Shown here one piece after another: positions 51,604 through 61,281 of a stretch of DNA of 64,000 bases; position 1 is the stretch's first letter, and every line of letters starts with the position of its first letter. The stretch comes from Pseudomonadales bacterium (GTDB taxonomy: Bacteria; Pseudomonadota; Gammaproteobacteria; Pseudomonadales; GM7GCV1): NCBI GenBank assembly GCA_965221105.1, contig OZ244871.1:831673-895672 (forward strand). The letters are read 5' to 3'. Made by a program: the position numbers and the translations under genes. The notes under the pieces are model-generated. The model saw only the letters and a list, made by a program, of their open reading frames with translations, did no database searches and had not been told where the DNA came from.

Positions 51604-51687
51604 TCAGTGGCAGTCCTCGAGGTTCAACCGTTCAATCGCGCCGTCATTTTCTTGAAACGTGATTCGCCAGCTGCCGGACACCGAAAT
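51604..51687 (-). pseudogene. higB-like toxin C-terminal stub
   Basis: ..SVSGSWRITFQENDGAIERLNLEDCH* matches the HigB/RelE-family C-terminus (..WRI.F....G....V...DYH). It is preceded by an in-frame stop. Confidence 0.5.
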
Positions 51688-51728
51688 ACTTCAGTCATCC
51701 TCTCGGTCTCCAGAAAGCCGGGGGTCAG

Positions 51729-52601
51729 TCAGCTGCCCTCGGCTTCGTTTAAATAGCGAAAAAAGTCACTGTCCGGCTCAATCACCAGAAGGTCTTCGCG
51801 GCTGCCAAAACTCTGCCGGTACGCCTCAAGGCTGCGCACAAACCTGAAAAACTCCGGATCCTTGTTGAAGGCGGTCGCGTAGATGGCCGCTGCCTCGGCA
51901 TCACCCTGGCCCCGGATTTCCTCAGACTCGCGGTAGGCTTCAGCCTCAATCAGAACCTTCTGCCGATCGGCATCAGCCCTGATCTTGGTGGCCTCTTCCT
52001 CACCCTGAGAGCGGAATTCCCGCGCAAGTTTCTCCCGCTCTGCCCGCATCCGGCGATAGACATCATCGCTGATTTCCTCGGGCAGATCGATGCGCTTGAC
52101 GCGGACATCGAGTACCTCAATGCCCAGACTCTCCTTGACAGTGGTGTTGAGTTCCTGGGTCAGTTTCTCCATCAGGATATCGCGTTCGCCCGATACAACT
52201 TCGTTGAGCGTGCGTGTACCGAATTCGTTGCGAAGTCCGTCGTTGATCCTTGCAGCCAGTCGGTTTCTGGCAGTAAATTCGTCCCCGCCTGTCGCACGGT
52301 AGTAGTTACCCACATCAGACACCCGGTACTTGGCGTAGGAATCCACGATCAGGCGCTTTTTCTGGACGGTATAGAAACTCTCTGGAGGTGCATCCACAGT
52401 CAGCACACGAGCATCAAACTTGCGGATATCATCCACAAAGGGCAGCTTGATATGCAGGCCAGGAGGAATGTCTTCAGCAATCAGGGCACCGAAGCGAAGC
52501 TGGACTGCCTTTTCCTTCTCATTCACCCGGTAGAGAGTGACCGAAGCCGCCAGAGCGACTATCGCCAGCGCAACCAGCGCAATATAGCCTTTGTTTTTCA
52601 T
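51729..52601 (-). CDS. hflC: protease modulator HflC
   Basis: 290-aa SPFH/band-7 protein following hflK. Confidence 0.92.
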   Translation of the reverse strand: MKNKGYIALVALAIVALAASVTLYRVNEKEKAVQLRFGALIAEDIPPGLHIKLPFVDDIRKFDARVLTVDAPPESFYTVQKKRLIVDSYAKYRVSDVGNYYRATGGDEFTARNRLAARINDGLRNEFGTRTLNEVVSGERDILMEKLTQELNTTVKESLGIEVLDVRVKRIDLPEEISDDVYRRMRAEREKLAREFRSQGEEEATKIRADADRQKVLIEAEAYRESEEIRGQGDAEAAAIYATAFNKDPEFFRFVRSLEAYRQSFGSREDLLVIEPDSDFFRYLNEAEGS

Positions 52602-53740
52602 TATCTGACCCTCTGAATGTTGCCAATTCGCTGCTGCACCTCGCGCAGCACATCGTTCACCAGTTGCTCGCGGTCAAAGCCGGTCTCCGAATCTGCATTC
52701 GAGTCCGACCTGCGCAACTGGTCTAACGGGAGATACATCATGTTGTTGCCACCTTCGACATCAACCATCACCTTGGAACTGTTTTGCATCACTTCCTGTA
52801 CTGCGCCTATATACAGCCTGTCGCGGGTGACTTCAGGAGCACGCTTGTATTCAGCGAAGAGCTGTTCGAAGCGTGCTGCTTCACCCTGGGCTCTGGCAAT
52901 CAGCTCTCCCTTGTAGGCATTGGCTTCCTCAATCATGCGCTGAGCCTGCCCACGTGCCTGCGGCAGCACGCCGTTTCGATAGGCCTCTGCCTGGTCAATC
53001 AGGCGGTCCTTGTCCTGTTCAGCGGCATTGACGTCATCAAAGGCGTCATTGACCTGGGCTGGGGGCTCGCCGCGTTGCAGGGTTACGTCAATCACATTGA
53101 CACCGGTGCGATAGTCGTCCAGATAGGCCTGAAGTCTCAGTTCGACTTCGTCTGCCATCTGGGAGCGCCCTTCACTGAGCACTTCCTCAAGCAGCGTGCT
53201 GCCGACAACATGGCGGATTGCGCTGTCAGTGGCCTGCTCCAGCGTTTTGATGGGATCGCGGACATTGAGCACATAATCCCTGATGTCCTTGATGTTGTAC
53301 TGGACGGTCAGAGGCACCTGGACGATATTCTCGTCCTGAGTCAGCATCAGGCTGTTGGTTCCCGCTGCCGTGTACTGGCGCTCTTCGGTGACCCGCTCAA
53401 CCTCAACCGTATCAATCAGGTAGGGATTGAAACTCAGGCCCGGGTCCAGAACTTTGTGAAACTTACCGAAGCGCATGACGACGCCGCGTTCTTTCTCATC
53501 CAGCACATAGAAACTCGAGAACAGCCAGGCTGCTGCAAGCAGGCCCAGAATAATGGACACGGGGAACGCTGATCTATTGCCGCTGGAACCATTGGCTCCC
53601 GAGTTCCTACCCTTTCCGCCAAACAGCCTTTCGAAGGCCAGGCGTACTTTCTTGATCAGATCGTCGAGATCAGGCGGGCCTTCTCCGTTGCGCTTTCCCC
53701 AGGGATCGCGGTTGCCGCCGCCAGGTTCATTCCAGGCCAT
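52601..53740 (-). CDS. hflK: protease modulator HflK
   Basis: MAWNEPGGGNRDPWG.. N-terminus with TM and SPFH domain. 379 aa. Confidence 0.92.
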   Translation of the reverse strand: MAWNEPGGGNRDPWGKRNGEGPPDLDDLIKKVRLAFERLFGGKGRNSGANGSSGNRSAFPVSIILGLLAAAWLFSSFYVLDEKERGVVMRFGKFHKVLDPGLSFNPYLIDTVEVERVTEERQYTAAGTNSLMLTQDENIVQVPLTVQYNIKDIRDYVLNVRDPIKTLEQATDSAIRHVVGSTLLEEVLSEGRSQMADEVELRLQAYLDDYRTGVNVIDVTLQRGEPPAQVNDAFDDVNAAEQDKDRLIDQAEAYRNGVLPQARGQAQRMIEEANAYKGELIARAQGEAARFEQLFAEYKRAPEVTRDRLYIGAVQEVMQNSSKVMVDVEGGNNMMYLPLDQLRRSDSNADSETGFDREQLVNDVLREVQQRIGNIQRVR

Positions 53741-53862
53741 GTAAGACTCCGTATGCTGAAGTTGGGTTATGAGTTGAACACTGCATGCTGTGCCACGAAA
53801 GTGCGGATTCTAATTCGAATCAGGCTCGCTTTCACCTGCAATGTCACAAAACAGTGAACTGC

Positions 53863-55152
53863 CTAGAGTGATTCGAGCTGGTCAACACCCACACCCTCCT
53901 GGTGCAGGGCACGATTCCAGTCCGCCTGACTGATGCGGACGGATATCTCGACATTGCCACGCTCGTCAAAAGACTCCTCATACACCGCATTCAGCCGGTG
54001 CAGTCTGGCCCTCAGGCTTCCCAGATGCGCAGGCAGCCGGTATCGACCCACAACGGCGTCGGCAAGCAACAGGTCAGTCAACGCCGTTAACAGCCTGCCA
54101 CAGCCCTCGCCGCTTTTGGCTGACAGCCAGATTGATTGGGGTCGCCCCTCGCCATCGAGGTCAACCCGCGATTGTGCTCCGGGTACCAGATCGATCTTGT
54201 TGAATACTTTGAGAACCGGAATGTCCTGAGCCCCGATTTCTGTCAGTACCTGATCCACGGCCTCGATAGTATCGCGCCAGTCGGGATCTGCGGCATCGAC
54301 CACGTGGAGCAGCAGGCTCGCGTTTGAGGCTTCCTCAAGGGTTGCCCGAAAGGCGTCCACGAGGTTGTGCGGCAGCTGGCGAATGAAGCCGACCGTATCC
54401 GAGAGCACCAGTTTCCCGATACTGGGGACATCCAGCTGACGCATGGTGGGATCCAGCGTGGCAAAAAGCCGGTCCTGGACATGTACCCCGGCTGAGGTCA
54501 ACTGGTTGAACAGCGTTGACTTTCCTGCATTGGTATAGCCGACGACCGACACTGTAGGCACTTCCGCTTTTTTTCTCGAACGCCTGCCCTGATCACGTTG
54601 GGTTCGAACCTTGGCAAGTCGTGCATTGAGGTTCTTTATGCGCGCCCGCAGCAGTCTCCGGTCGGTCTCGAGCTGCGTTTCACCTGGTCCGCGCAGGCCA
54701 ATTCCGCCCTTCTGGCGCTCAAGATGCGTCCAGCCACGAACCAGCCTGGTGCTCAAATGCTCAAGTTGGGCAAGCTCAACCTGAAGCTTGCCCTCGTGAG
54801 TGCGGGCCCGCTGGGCAAAAATATCCAGTATCAGGCCGGTTCGACCGAGTACGCGACAGCGCAGTTCCCGTTCGAGGTTGCGCTCCTGACTGGGCGACAG
54901 GTCATGATTCAATATCACAATTTCGGCATCGACTGTCTGCAGCGTTCGTGCCAGTTCCTCAAGCTTGCCGGAGCCAATGTAGGTTCGTGGCTGGGGGTAT
55001 TGACGACTGCCGGTAACCAGCGCGCAGGTCTCAACTCCCGCTGAGCGGGCCAATTCTTCGAATTCAGTGCAATCCTGATTCTGCGCACTGGCACCGAAAC
55101 GCATGGAAACCAATACGGCCCGCTCCCCGGACCGGTAGCGATCAAAAAACAA
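53863..55152 (-). CDS. hflX: GTPase HflX
   Basis: G1 GYTNAGKST, G3 DTVGF, G4 NKID. Lies between hfq and hflK. Confidence 0.93.
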   Translation of the reverse strand: MFFDRYRSGERAVLVSMRFGASAQNQDCTEFEELARSAGVETCALVTGSRQYPQPRTYIGSGKLEELARTLQTVDAEIVILNHDLSPSQERNLERELRCRVLGRTGLILDIFAQRARTHEGKLQVELAQLEHLSTRLVRGWTHLERQKGGIGLRGPGETQLETDRRLLRARIKNLNARLAKVRTQRDQGRRSRKKAEVPTVSVVGYTNAGKSTLFNQLTSAGVHVQDRLFATLDPTMRQLDVPSIGKLVLSDTVGFIRQLPHNLVDAFRATLEEASNASLLLHVVDAADPDWRDTIEAVDQVLTEIGAQDIPVLKVFNKIDLVPGAQSRVDLDGEGRPQSIWLSAKSGEGCGRLLTALTDLLLADAVVGRYRLPAHLGSLRARLHRLNAVYEESFDERGNVEISVRISQADWNRALHQEGVGVDQLESL

Positions 55153-55249
55153 TCAGCCAGCACTCCCGCCAGCCGTTGGGTGGCTGACTATCCTGTAACG
55201 GGGAGGGCCTTGTGCCAGCGGTGACAGGCAACCAGACTCTCTGAAGAGG

Positions 55250-55525
55250 CTAAAAGTTACCTTCAGCATCCCCCGGTTCCGCACCTGCGCCCTGCTCGTA
55301 GGGAGCGACCATCGGTATTTTGATGGGTCGCGATGGAACGATCGTGGAAACGGCGTGCTTGTACACCATCTGGCTCACAGTGTTCTTGAGTAAAATGACA
55401 AACTGATCGAACGACTCGACCTGGCCCTGCAACTTGATACCGTTTACCAGGTAAATGGCGACCGTAACCCGCTCTTTCCTGAGCAGGTTGAGGAAAGGGT
55501 CTTGTAGACTGTGCCCTTTGGACAT
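55250..55525 (-). CDS. hfq: RNA chaperone Hfq
   Basis: [58 protein letters not shown]. Confidence 0.97.
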   Translation of the reverse strand: MSKGHSLQDPFLNLLRKERVTVAIYLVNGIKLQGQVESFDQFVILLKNTVSQMVYKHAVSTIVPSRPIKIPMVAPYEQGAGAEPGDAEGNF

Positions 55526-55617
55526 GACATATCTCCGATTGTTGGTGGCCCAGTCCAGAGGTAACAATTCGCTGCGTGCTACTGGGCCAAGTTAGGATGT
55601 CAGCTGGCTGACCTGAC

Positions 55618-56592
55618 TTAAGATGGCTTCAAACCAAGAATTTTCAAGACCTCAAGTGCCAGAACTGAGTGTTCCAGTGTACGCCCCTGGAGGTCATCCG
55701 TATAGAGAGTGGTCAGCTCTGGCCATGATCGCAACCAGGTTAACTGTCGCTTGGCAAGGTGACGGGTCGCGACCAGCGACCTGTGCACGGCCTCCCCGAG
55801 ATCATATCTGCCCTCGAAGAATGACCAGAGCTGTTGGTATCCGACAGCCCGAATTGAAGGAAGTTCCCCATGAAGATCATCTCTTTCATATAAAACCCGA
55901 ACTTCATCCACAAAACCCGACTCAAACATTTTTTCCAGACGCTCCTCGATCCGCTGGTACAGGGTTTCCCGACGCCTGGGCATTATTGCCAGTTGCAGGA
56001 GATCATGTTCCGCAGTCAGTTGGCTCCCGCCCTGGGTGGCATGTATGTGTGACAGAGGTCTGCCGGTGATCCGGTGCACCTCGAGAGCCCGCAGAATCCG
56101 CTGACCATGGTTTGGGTGCAGCCGGGCAGCCGTTTCAGGATCGACATCCATGAGTTCTGCGTGAAGCGCTGACCAGCCTTCCTGCCCGGCGCGCCTTTCC
56201 AGTTCGGCGCGGATTTGCGGGTCTCCTGCAGGCAGGCCCTCAAGTCCCTCGCGCAGCGCCTTAAAGTACATCATGGTGCCGCCAACCAGTATGGGCAGTC
56301 TGCCCTGGCCGTGCGCATCCTCAATCGCCTGCCATGCATCCCTGACAAAGTCAGACGCTGAGTAGGGCGAGGCCGGATCGCGAATGCCCACAAGCCGATG
56401 GGGGTAGTGTCTCAATGTAGCGGCATCCGGTTTAGCTGTGCCTATGTCCATTCCCCGATACACCAGGGCCGAGTCAACGCTGATCAATGAGGCAGCTGTA
56501 TTGCGACACAGCTCAATGGCAAGATCGGTTTTTCCTGAAGCCGTCGGCCCCATCAGAAAGACGATCTGTTTGCCGGGTTCTGCTTCTGGCAT
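55618..56592 (-). CDS. miaA: tRNA dimethylallyltransferase
   Basis: LMGPTASGKTDLAIEL.., ISVDSALVYRGMDIGTAKP. Confidence 0.95.
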   Translation of the reverse strand: MPEAEPGKQIVFLMGPTASGKTDLAIELCRNTAASLISVDSALVYRGMDIGTAKPDAATLRHYPHRLVGIRDPASPYSASDFVRDAWQAIEDAHGQGRLPILVGGTMMYFKALREGLEGLPAGDPQIRAELERRAGQEGWSALHAELMDVDPETAARLHPNHGQRILRALEVHRITGRPLSHIHATQGGSQLTAEHDLLQLAIMPRRRETLYQRIEERLEKMFESGFVDEVRVLYERDDLHGELPSIRAVGYQQLWSFFEGRYDLGEAVHRSLVATRHLAKRQLTWLRSWPELTTLYTDDLQGRTLEHSVLALEVLKILGLKPS

Positions 56593-56689
56593 CGATGCAC
56601 TCTGGCCGGGGATCGGTGTTCAGTCAGGACGGCTCCGACCTGCTGTGCCTGTCACCACCGACTATGGAGACATGGAGCACTGGCATGGT

Positions 56690-57271
56690 CTAGTCTGATA
56701 AATGTCCGAGCTTGCCCACCTTGGTCTCGAGGTAGCGCTCGTTGTGTGGATTCTCCCCTGTACGGTGCGCCAGGCGTTCGTCCACAGTGATATTCATTTC
56801 AGTCAGGGCTGTCACTTTGCGGGGGTTGTTCGTCATCAGTCGAACCCGTTGGATTCCCAGATGCTCAAACATTGGCTTGCACATGCCGTAATCACGCAGA
56901 TCGGCATCGAAACCCAGTTTTTCGTTTGCCTCCACGGTATCCGAACCCCGATCCTGCAGATGGTAGGCACGCACCTTGTTGAGCAATCCGATACCTCGCC
57001 CTTCCTGGCGCAGGTACAGGATGGCACCGGCACCTTCGGCTGCAATTCTTTGCTGGGCCAGTGCCAGCTGCGGGCCGCAGTCACACCGCTTGGAAAACAG
57101 CGCATCCCCGGTCAGACATTCCGAATGCAGGCGCACCAGTACCGAGTCCCCCGGCGACCACTGGCCATGGGTGATTGCCAGATGACATTTGTCGTTGGCA
57201 ACATCTTCAAATGCGTGCAACTGGAAGAGCCCCCACTCAGTGGGGAGTGCGCATGATTCGATAAATCGCAT
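56690..57271 (-). CDS. ribA: GTP cyclohydrolase II
   Basis: RLHSECLTGDALFSKRCDCGPQL.. and ..LRQEGRGIGL.NK... Confidence 0.93.
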   Translation of the reverse strand: MRFIESCALPTEWGLFQLHAFEDVANDKCHLAITHGQWSPGDSVLVRLHSECLTGDALFSKRCDCGPQLALAQQRIAAEGAGAILYLRQEGRGIGLLNKVRAYHLQDRGSDTVEANEKLGFDADLRDYGMCKPMFEHLGIQRVRLMTNNPRKVTALTEMNITVDERLAHRTGENPHNERYLETKVGKLGHLSD

Positions 57272-57720
57272 GGTGTATGGAGTTCTTCCGTGTAGCTTTC
57301 AGTACTGTAGGCTTGGAGCAGGCCCCGGCTGTCCACAGGAGCAAATGCCAGGCACCATATTCTAGCAACTAAAGTGACGAGCTTCCCATTGGGTTGGCAC
57401 AAGCAGACACCGGAAATCTTTCCAATCTGCGGCCAATACGACCCAGAGGGTCGTCACGAAAAGTGCCACTCTACTCATCAGCCACCGAAGGAGGTGGCTC
57501 ATAAGACGAACTGAATGGCTACAGGAGACCCGACTGATGAGGTTTTGAAGAAGGATATGTGGGCTGGAATGTCCTGCATTTATAGCCCTGCTGCAAGCGG
57601 GATGGTGGTCAGCGCAGCTCTACTTGGGTGAAGAACAAGCTGCAAGAGACGCGAAGCGGCGACCTGGTCAGCTGGTGATACTTGATTACCGCAATTCAAG
57701 ACGCAATGCGTCCATCCAGG

Positions 57721-58110
57721 CTAAGTATCAATCTTCTCCAGAATTTTGGTCAATGTCGGAGTGCTGGTATTGGAGTAACACTCTGCTTCGTACCTCAAAA
57801 TCTGGCGAGCACTCACACCGACTTTTCGGCTAAAGGCATCAACGCTCATATGTGACGCAATCCGGTACCGGATCGGTGTTACCATCAAGTCCTGAATGGA
57901 ATGAATTTCCAGTTCTTCCGGTGAACTGGCCTTGAGCGCTTCATATTCCCTGATTTCAGCCCCAATATCTTCAATAAGGCTTTGCAGTTGCGCTTGCCCA
58001 GTCTCTTTGATGACTTCCGGTAGATCTTCTTGTGTTCTAGCCTGCACAGCTTCGGAAAGCATTGCCAGCTGCTTTTGCGAGGCCGCATATTGTCTGCCAC
58101 TTGTAATCAT
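57721..58110 (-). CDS. XRE-family HTH protein with N-terminal helical extension (putative antitoxin/regulator)
   Basis: 129 aa. C-terminal HTH MSVDAFSRKVGVSARQILRYEAE. It starts 17 nt after the upstream NTase-fold gene. Confidence 0.7.
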   Translation of the reverse strand: MITSGRQYAASQKQLAMLSEAVQARTQEDLPEVIKETGQAQLQSLIEDIGAEIREYEALKASSPEELEIHSIQDLMVTPIRYRIASHMSVDAFSRKVGVSARQILRYEAECYSNTSTPTLTKILEKIDT

Positions 58111-58126
58111 CCCGCGTCTCCTAACT

Positions 58127-58588
58127 TCACAACCAGAATTCCTTTTGCATCACCTTCTCGATTGAACTGAAAAATCCTGGGAAGGGCAAACCACTTGCAT
58201 CTTCGATAATCCGGGCTATGAAAAAGTCCAGCCTGTATTTCTTCATAGTTTCTTCTCTGGCGTTTTTACCTGCGAACACAGAATCAATCTTTGCAAGATC
58301 AACACCACTACCGTAGCCCCAGCATCCATCTATATCGTTTGGCTCGGCCTTATCTCTTACAAAACTCCCATCAACCCACATAGCCTTTACACCAGCTTCT
58401 TTCAGGTTTCGAGCGGCTCGGTGCACATGAGCCATTAGCAACCGCCTTCGCCCATTAGAGCTTCCAAATACAGCCTCTATTTCCTCTAGAGTAGCTTCAT
58501 ACTCCCCTTCAGGTAATTCGCCCATTTCATTCAAAGCCGGTATAGCCACAGTCCCTTTCTTATAGTTATGATATGGCAGATCTGTCAT
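58127..58588 (-). CDS. minimal nucleotidyltransferase-fold protein (DUF6932-like)
   Basis: 153 aa. ..GELPEGEYEATLEEIEAVFG...RRRLL......L..AG....WVDGSFVRDKAEPNDIDGCW contains the G-S-x9-D-x-D pattern of pol-beta-type NTases. The family name is from memory. Confidence 0.6.
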   Translation of the reverse strand: MTDLPYHNYKKGTVAIPALNEMGELPEGEYEATLEEIEAVFGSSNGRRRLLMAHVHRAARNLKEAGVKAMWVDGSFVRDKAEPNDIDGCWGYGSGVDLAKIDSVFAGKNAREETMKKYRLDFFIARIIEDASGLPFPGFFSSIEKVMQKEFWL

Positions 58589-58768
58589 GTCATATCAGTC
58601 ATATATAGCCGATTTCATACCCACAGCCTGACCCTGACACCCTGACCACCTCTGTCTTGCGACTGAACTCAATGACTGCAGGAATCAACGGGAATGACCG
58701 GGGATTTTCCCAGCAGTGCCTCCGGCCCGGTCTGACGCACACCCGACCGGTGCGGGAATATCCAAATT

Positions 58769-59296
58769 TTATGGGAATACCTGCAGCAGTTCAGCTTGGG
58801 CAATTGCGTGAGCTGCCTGCAACAGGAACAGACTGTAGGCACCCGCAATCAGGTCGTCGAGCATGATACCCAGGCCACCCGCCACCCTGGCATCCGCCCA
58901 TCTGATGGGCCAGGGCTTGAGGATATCGAACAGCCGAAAGAACAGGAAGGCGGCCACCAGCCATACCCATCCCGGCGGAAGCAGGATGAGGCAGAACCAC
59001 AGGCCGACGAATTCATCCCACACGATCCCGCCGTGATCATGGGCACCCAGATCCCGACTCGCCCTGCCACACAGATAGATCCCGCCGACAAAGGCCAGCG
59101 CAACACAGATCAGGTGCCACTGCCAGGGAATGGGCCCCAGCAGATGCTGAACGCCCAGGTAGAGCACCAGAGCCACTAGGGTTCCCCAGGTTCCGGGTGC
59201 GAAAGGCGCAAGCCCGGCGCCGAATCCGATTGCCAGACAATGCCCCGGGTCGCGCAGAAATGTGACGGGGATGCCTGTCCGCTCTGGATGTGCCAT
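58769..59296 (-). CDS. pgpA: phosphatidylglycerophosphatase A
   Basis: ..GFGAGLAPFAPGTWGTL.. and ..DHGGIVWDE.. ..FRLFDILKPWPI... Confidence 0.9.
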   Translation of the reverse strand: MAHPERTGIPVTFLRDPGHCLAIGFGAGLAPFAPGTWGTLVALVLYLGVQHLLGPIPWQWHLICVALAFVGGIYLCGRASRDLGAHDHGGIVWDEFVGLWFCLILLPPGWVWLVAAFLFFRLFDILKPWPIRWADARVAGGLGIMLDDLIAGAYSLFLLQAAHAIAQAELLQVFP

Positions 59297-60294
59297 CAGA
59301 AGTGCCGGTACCCTGCCAGTGCCATCGGTACCTCCCTGCCGTCACCATCCACCACCCGCGGTGCCGTTCGGCCTGCTTCTGCTGACTCAAAGACACCCGC
59401 AACTGTCAGGTCAATGCCCAGCCGTTGCGCCAGTTCCTGCAGCTGCGCGAGCTCTGCCGGATCCACTGCCAGACAGAGTTCGTAATCGTCGCCTGCGACT
59501 AGCGCTCTGCGCCGCATGTCAGCATTCTGGCGCAACAGATCTTCGCTCACTGGAATCCGCTCCAGGTCAAGGCGCGCAGAAACCTGGCTGCGCGCGCAGA
59601 TATGGCCCAGATCGGCCAGCAATCCATCAGAGATATCACAGGTGGCACGGATATGTGCTGCCCCCGAATGGGCAAATTCGACACGTGGTTCAGGCAACCA
59701 GTAGCGCTGCAGGCAGTGTGTGCGAAGCCTGTCCTCGTCCGACCCGGCATCGGGCAGGACAGATTCACAGACTTCAGCAGTCATAGCTGCCCCCGCATCG
59801 CCAAGCTGCCCGGTAACAACCAGCAGGTCTCCCGGTCGAGCTCCGGAGCGGGTCAGCACAGACTGACCTGATGGAACAATTCCCAGCATCTGGATACCGA
59901 TATTCAGGGGGCCAGCGGTGGTATCGCCGCCGATCAACCTGCAGCCGTACGACTCGGCGTCCCCGTAGAGCCCTCGGCTAAAGGCCTCCAACCAGCCCTC
60001 ATCAGCTTCCGGCAGCGTCAGCGCCAGGGTGAACCAGCGGGGCGTTGCACCCATGGCTGCCATATCACTCAGATTGACCCGCAGCGCCCTTCTGGCAACC
60101 AGTTCGGCAGGCGCATTCTCCGGGAAGTGGACTCCCTCGATCAGCGAATCCACGCTGACTACCAGTTGCTGACCATCGAGTCCGCCAAGCACGGCAGCAT
60201 CGTCGCCCACCCCGAGGAGCACATTGTCATCACCACCCTGAACGGGCCGGGAAAAATACTCCGCAATTAGCTCAAACTCACCGGATTTGCTCAC
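59296..60294 (-). CDS. thiL: thiamine-monophosphate kinase
   Basis: ..GEFELIAEYF..GVGDDAAV.. . Start placed at the GTG (VSKSGEFEL) rather than the longer ORF, so the start is uncertain. Confidence 0.88.
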   Translation of the reverse strand: MSKSGEFELIAEYFSRPVQGGDDNVLLGVGDDAAVLGGLDGQQLVVSVDSLIEGVHFPENAPAELVARRALRVNLSDMAAMGATPRWFTLALTLPEADEGWLEAFSRGLYGDAESYGCRLIGGDTTAGPLNIGIQMLGIVPSGQSVLTRSGARPGDLLVVTGQLGDAGAAMTAEVCESVLPDAGSDEDRLRTHCLQRYWLPEPRVEFAHSGAAHIRATCDISDGLLADLGHICARSQVSARLDLERIPVSEDLLRQNADMRRRALVAGDDYELCLAVDPAELAQLQELAQRLGIDLTVAGVFESAEAGRTAPRVVDGDGREVPMALAGYRHF

Positions 60295-60334
60295 GCTGGA
60301 CTCTCTTGCGATGTGCGGGGGTCTGTCTAACCTG

Positions 60335-60796
60335 TCAGGATGCCCCTTCAGTGCGGGCAGCATGCAGTTCAGCCTTGCGGTGGCGCGGGGCGAGACGGTC
60401 CATAACCGCGTTCACGAATTTCTGGCTGTCCTGGGGACCAAATTTCCTTGCCAGGTTCACAGCTTCATTGATGACCACCCGAAAAGGCACATCAGGGCGC
60501 TCGGCCATTTCGTAGGCACCGATTCGCAGAATGCTGAGTGAAACCGGATCCAGTTCATCCAGCCGACGGTCGAGCAGTGCTGTGTAGTTGGAGTCAATGT
60601 CCGGGCACCGCGAGCAGATCGCTCGCAGGAGACTGCCATAGTACTCGACATCCACCTTGTCCATGTTGTTGTCGGCGTGGAACTGTGCCTCGATCTGGAC
60701 AGGATCCTGACCAGCCAGTTCCCATTGGTAGAGCGATTGGACCAGCATTTCCCGGGCTTTTTTTCGGGATGAGGCCAAGCTCACTGCGGCACTCAT
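60335..60796 (-). CDS. nusB: transcription antitermination factor NusB
   Basis: ..SRKKAREMLVQSLYQWELAG.. ..VINEAVNLARKFG... Confidence 0.93.
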   Translation of the reverse strand: MSAAVSLASSRKKAREMLVQSLYQWELAGQDPVQIEAQFHADNNMDKVDVEYYGSLLRAICSRCPDIDSNYTALLDRRLDELDPVSLSILRIGAYEMAERPDVPFRVVINEAVNLARKFGPQDSQKFVNAVMDRLAPRHRKAELHAARTEGAS

Positions 60797-61275
60797 TGGC
60801 CCTGCCCGATTTTCTGCATCAGGGCGATCATTTCAAGGGCGGTGAGTGCGGCTTCTTCGCCCTTGTTGTTGGGGTCCTCTCCCGAGCGTTCCACCGCCTG
60901 GTCGACAGTATCGACAGTGAGCACACCAAAGGTAACGGGAATGCCGGTCTCAAGCTGGACCTGATTCAGACTCTGGTTACAGCCACTGGCAACAAACTCA
61001 AAATGGGGTGTGGCACCGCGGATAATGCACCCCAGCGCGACAATGGCGGCGTATTCACCAGTATCAGCCAGCTTTTTCGCGGGCAGGGCCAGCTCATAGG
61101 CTCCGGGAACACGCACTATCTGGATCTGGGACTGATCGATCCGGTTGCGCTGAAAGGCGCGCATGGCACCCGCGACCAGGTTATCAGTGATAAAACTGTT
61201 CCAGCGGGTCACCAACACCGCAATTTTCCCCTCAACGGGGCCAATGTCAGCTTCGATCTGGTCTGCGTCCGTCAT
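60793..61275 (-). CDS. ribH: 6,7-dimethyl-8-ribityllumazine synthase
   Basis: ..VRVPGAYELALPAKKLA.. ..GATPHFEFV.. ..PVTFGVLT... Confidence 0.95.
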   Translation of the reverse strand: MTDADQIEADIGPVEGKIAVLVTRWNSFITDNLVAGAMRAFQRNRIDQSQIQIVRVPGAYELALPAKKLADTGEYAAIVALGCIIRGATPHFEFVASGCNQSLNQVQLETGIPVTFGVLTVDTVDQAVERSGEDPNNKGEEAALTALEMIALMQKIGQGQ

Positions 61276-61281
61276 GGGTTC

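Noticed and set aside
57474-57481. CUGAUGAG (minus strand) next to a hairpin, which raised the possibility of a hammerhead ribozyme
   Set aside because: I could not find the required GAAA element or the stem II/III arrangement with a cleavage triplet. The match to an 8-mer alone is expected by chance.
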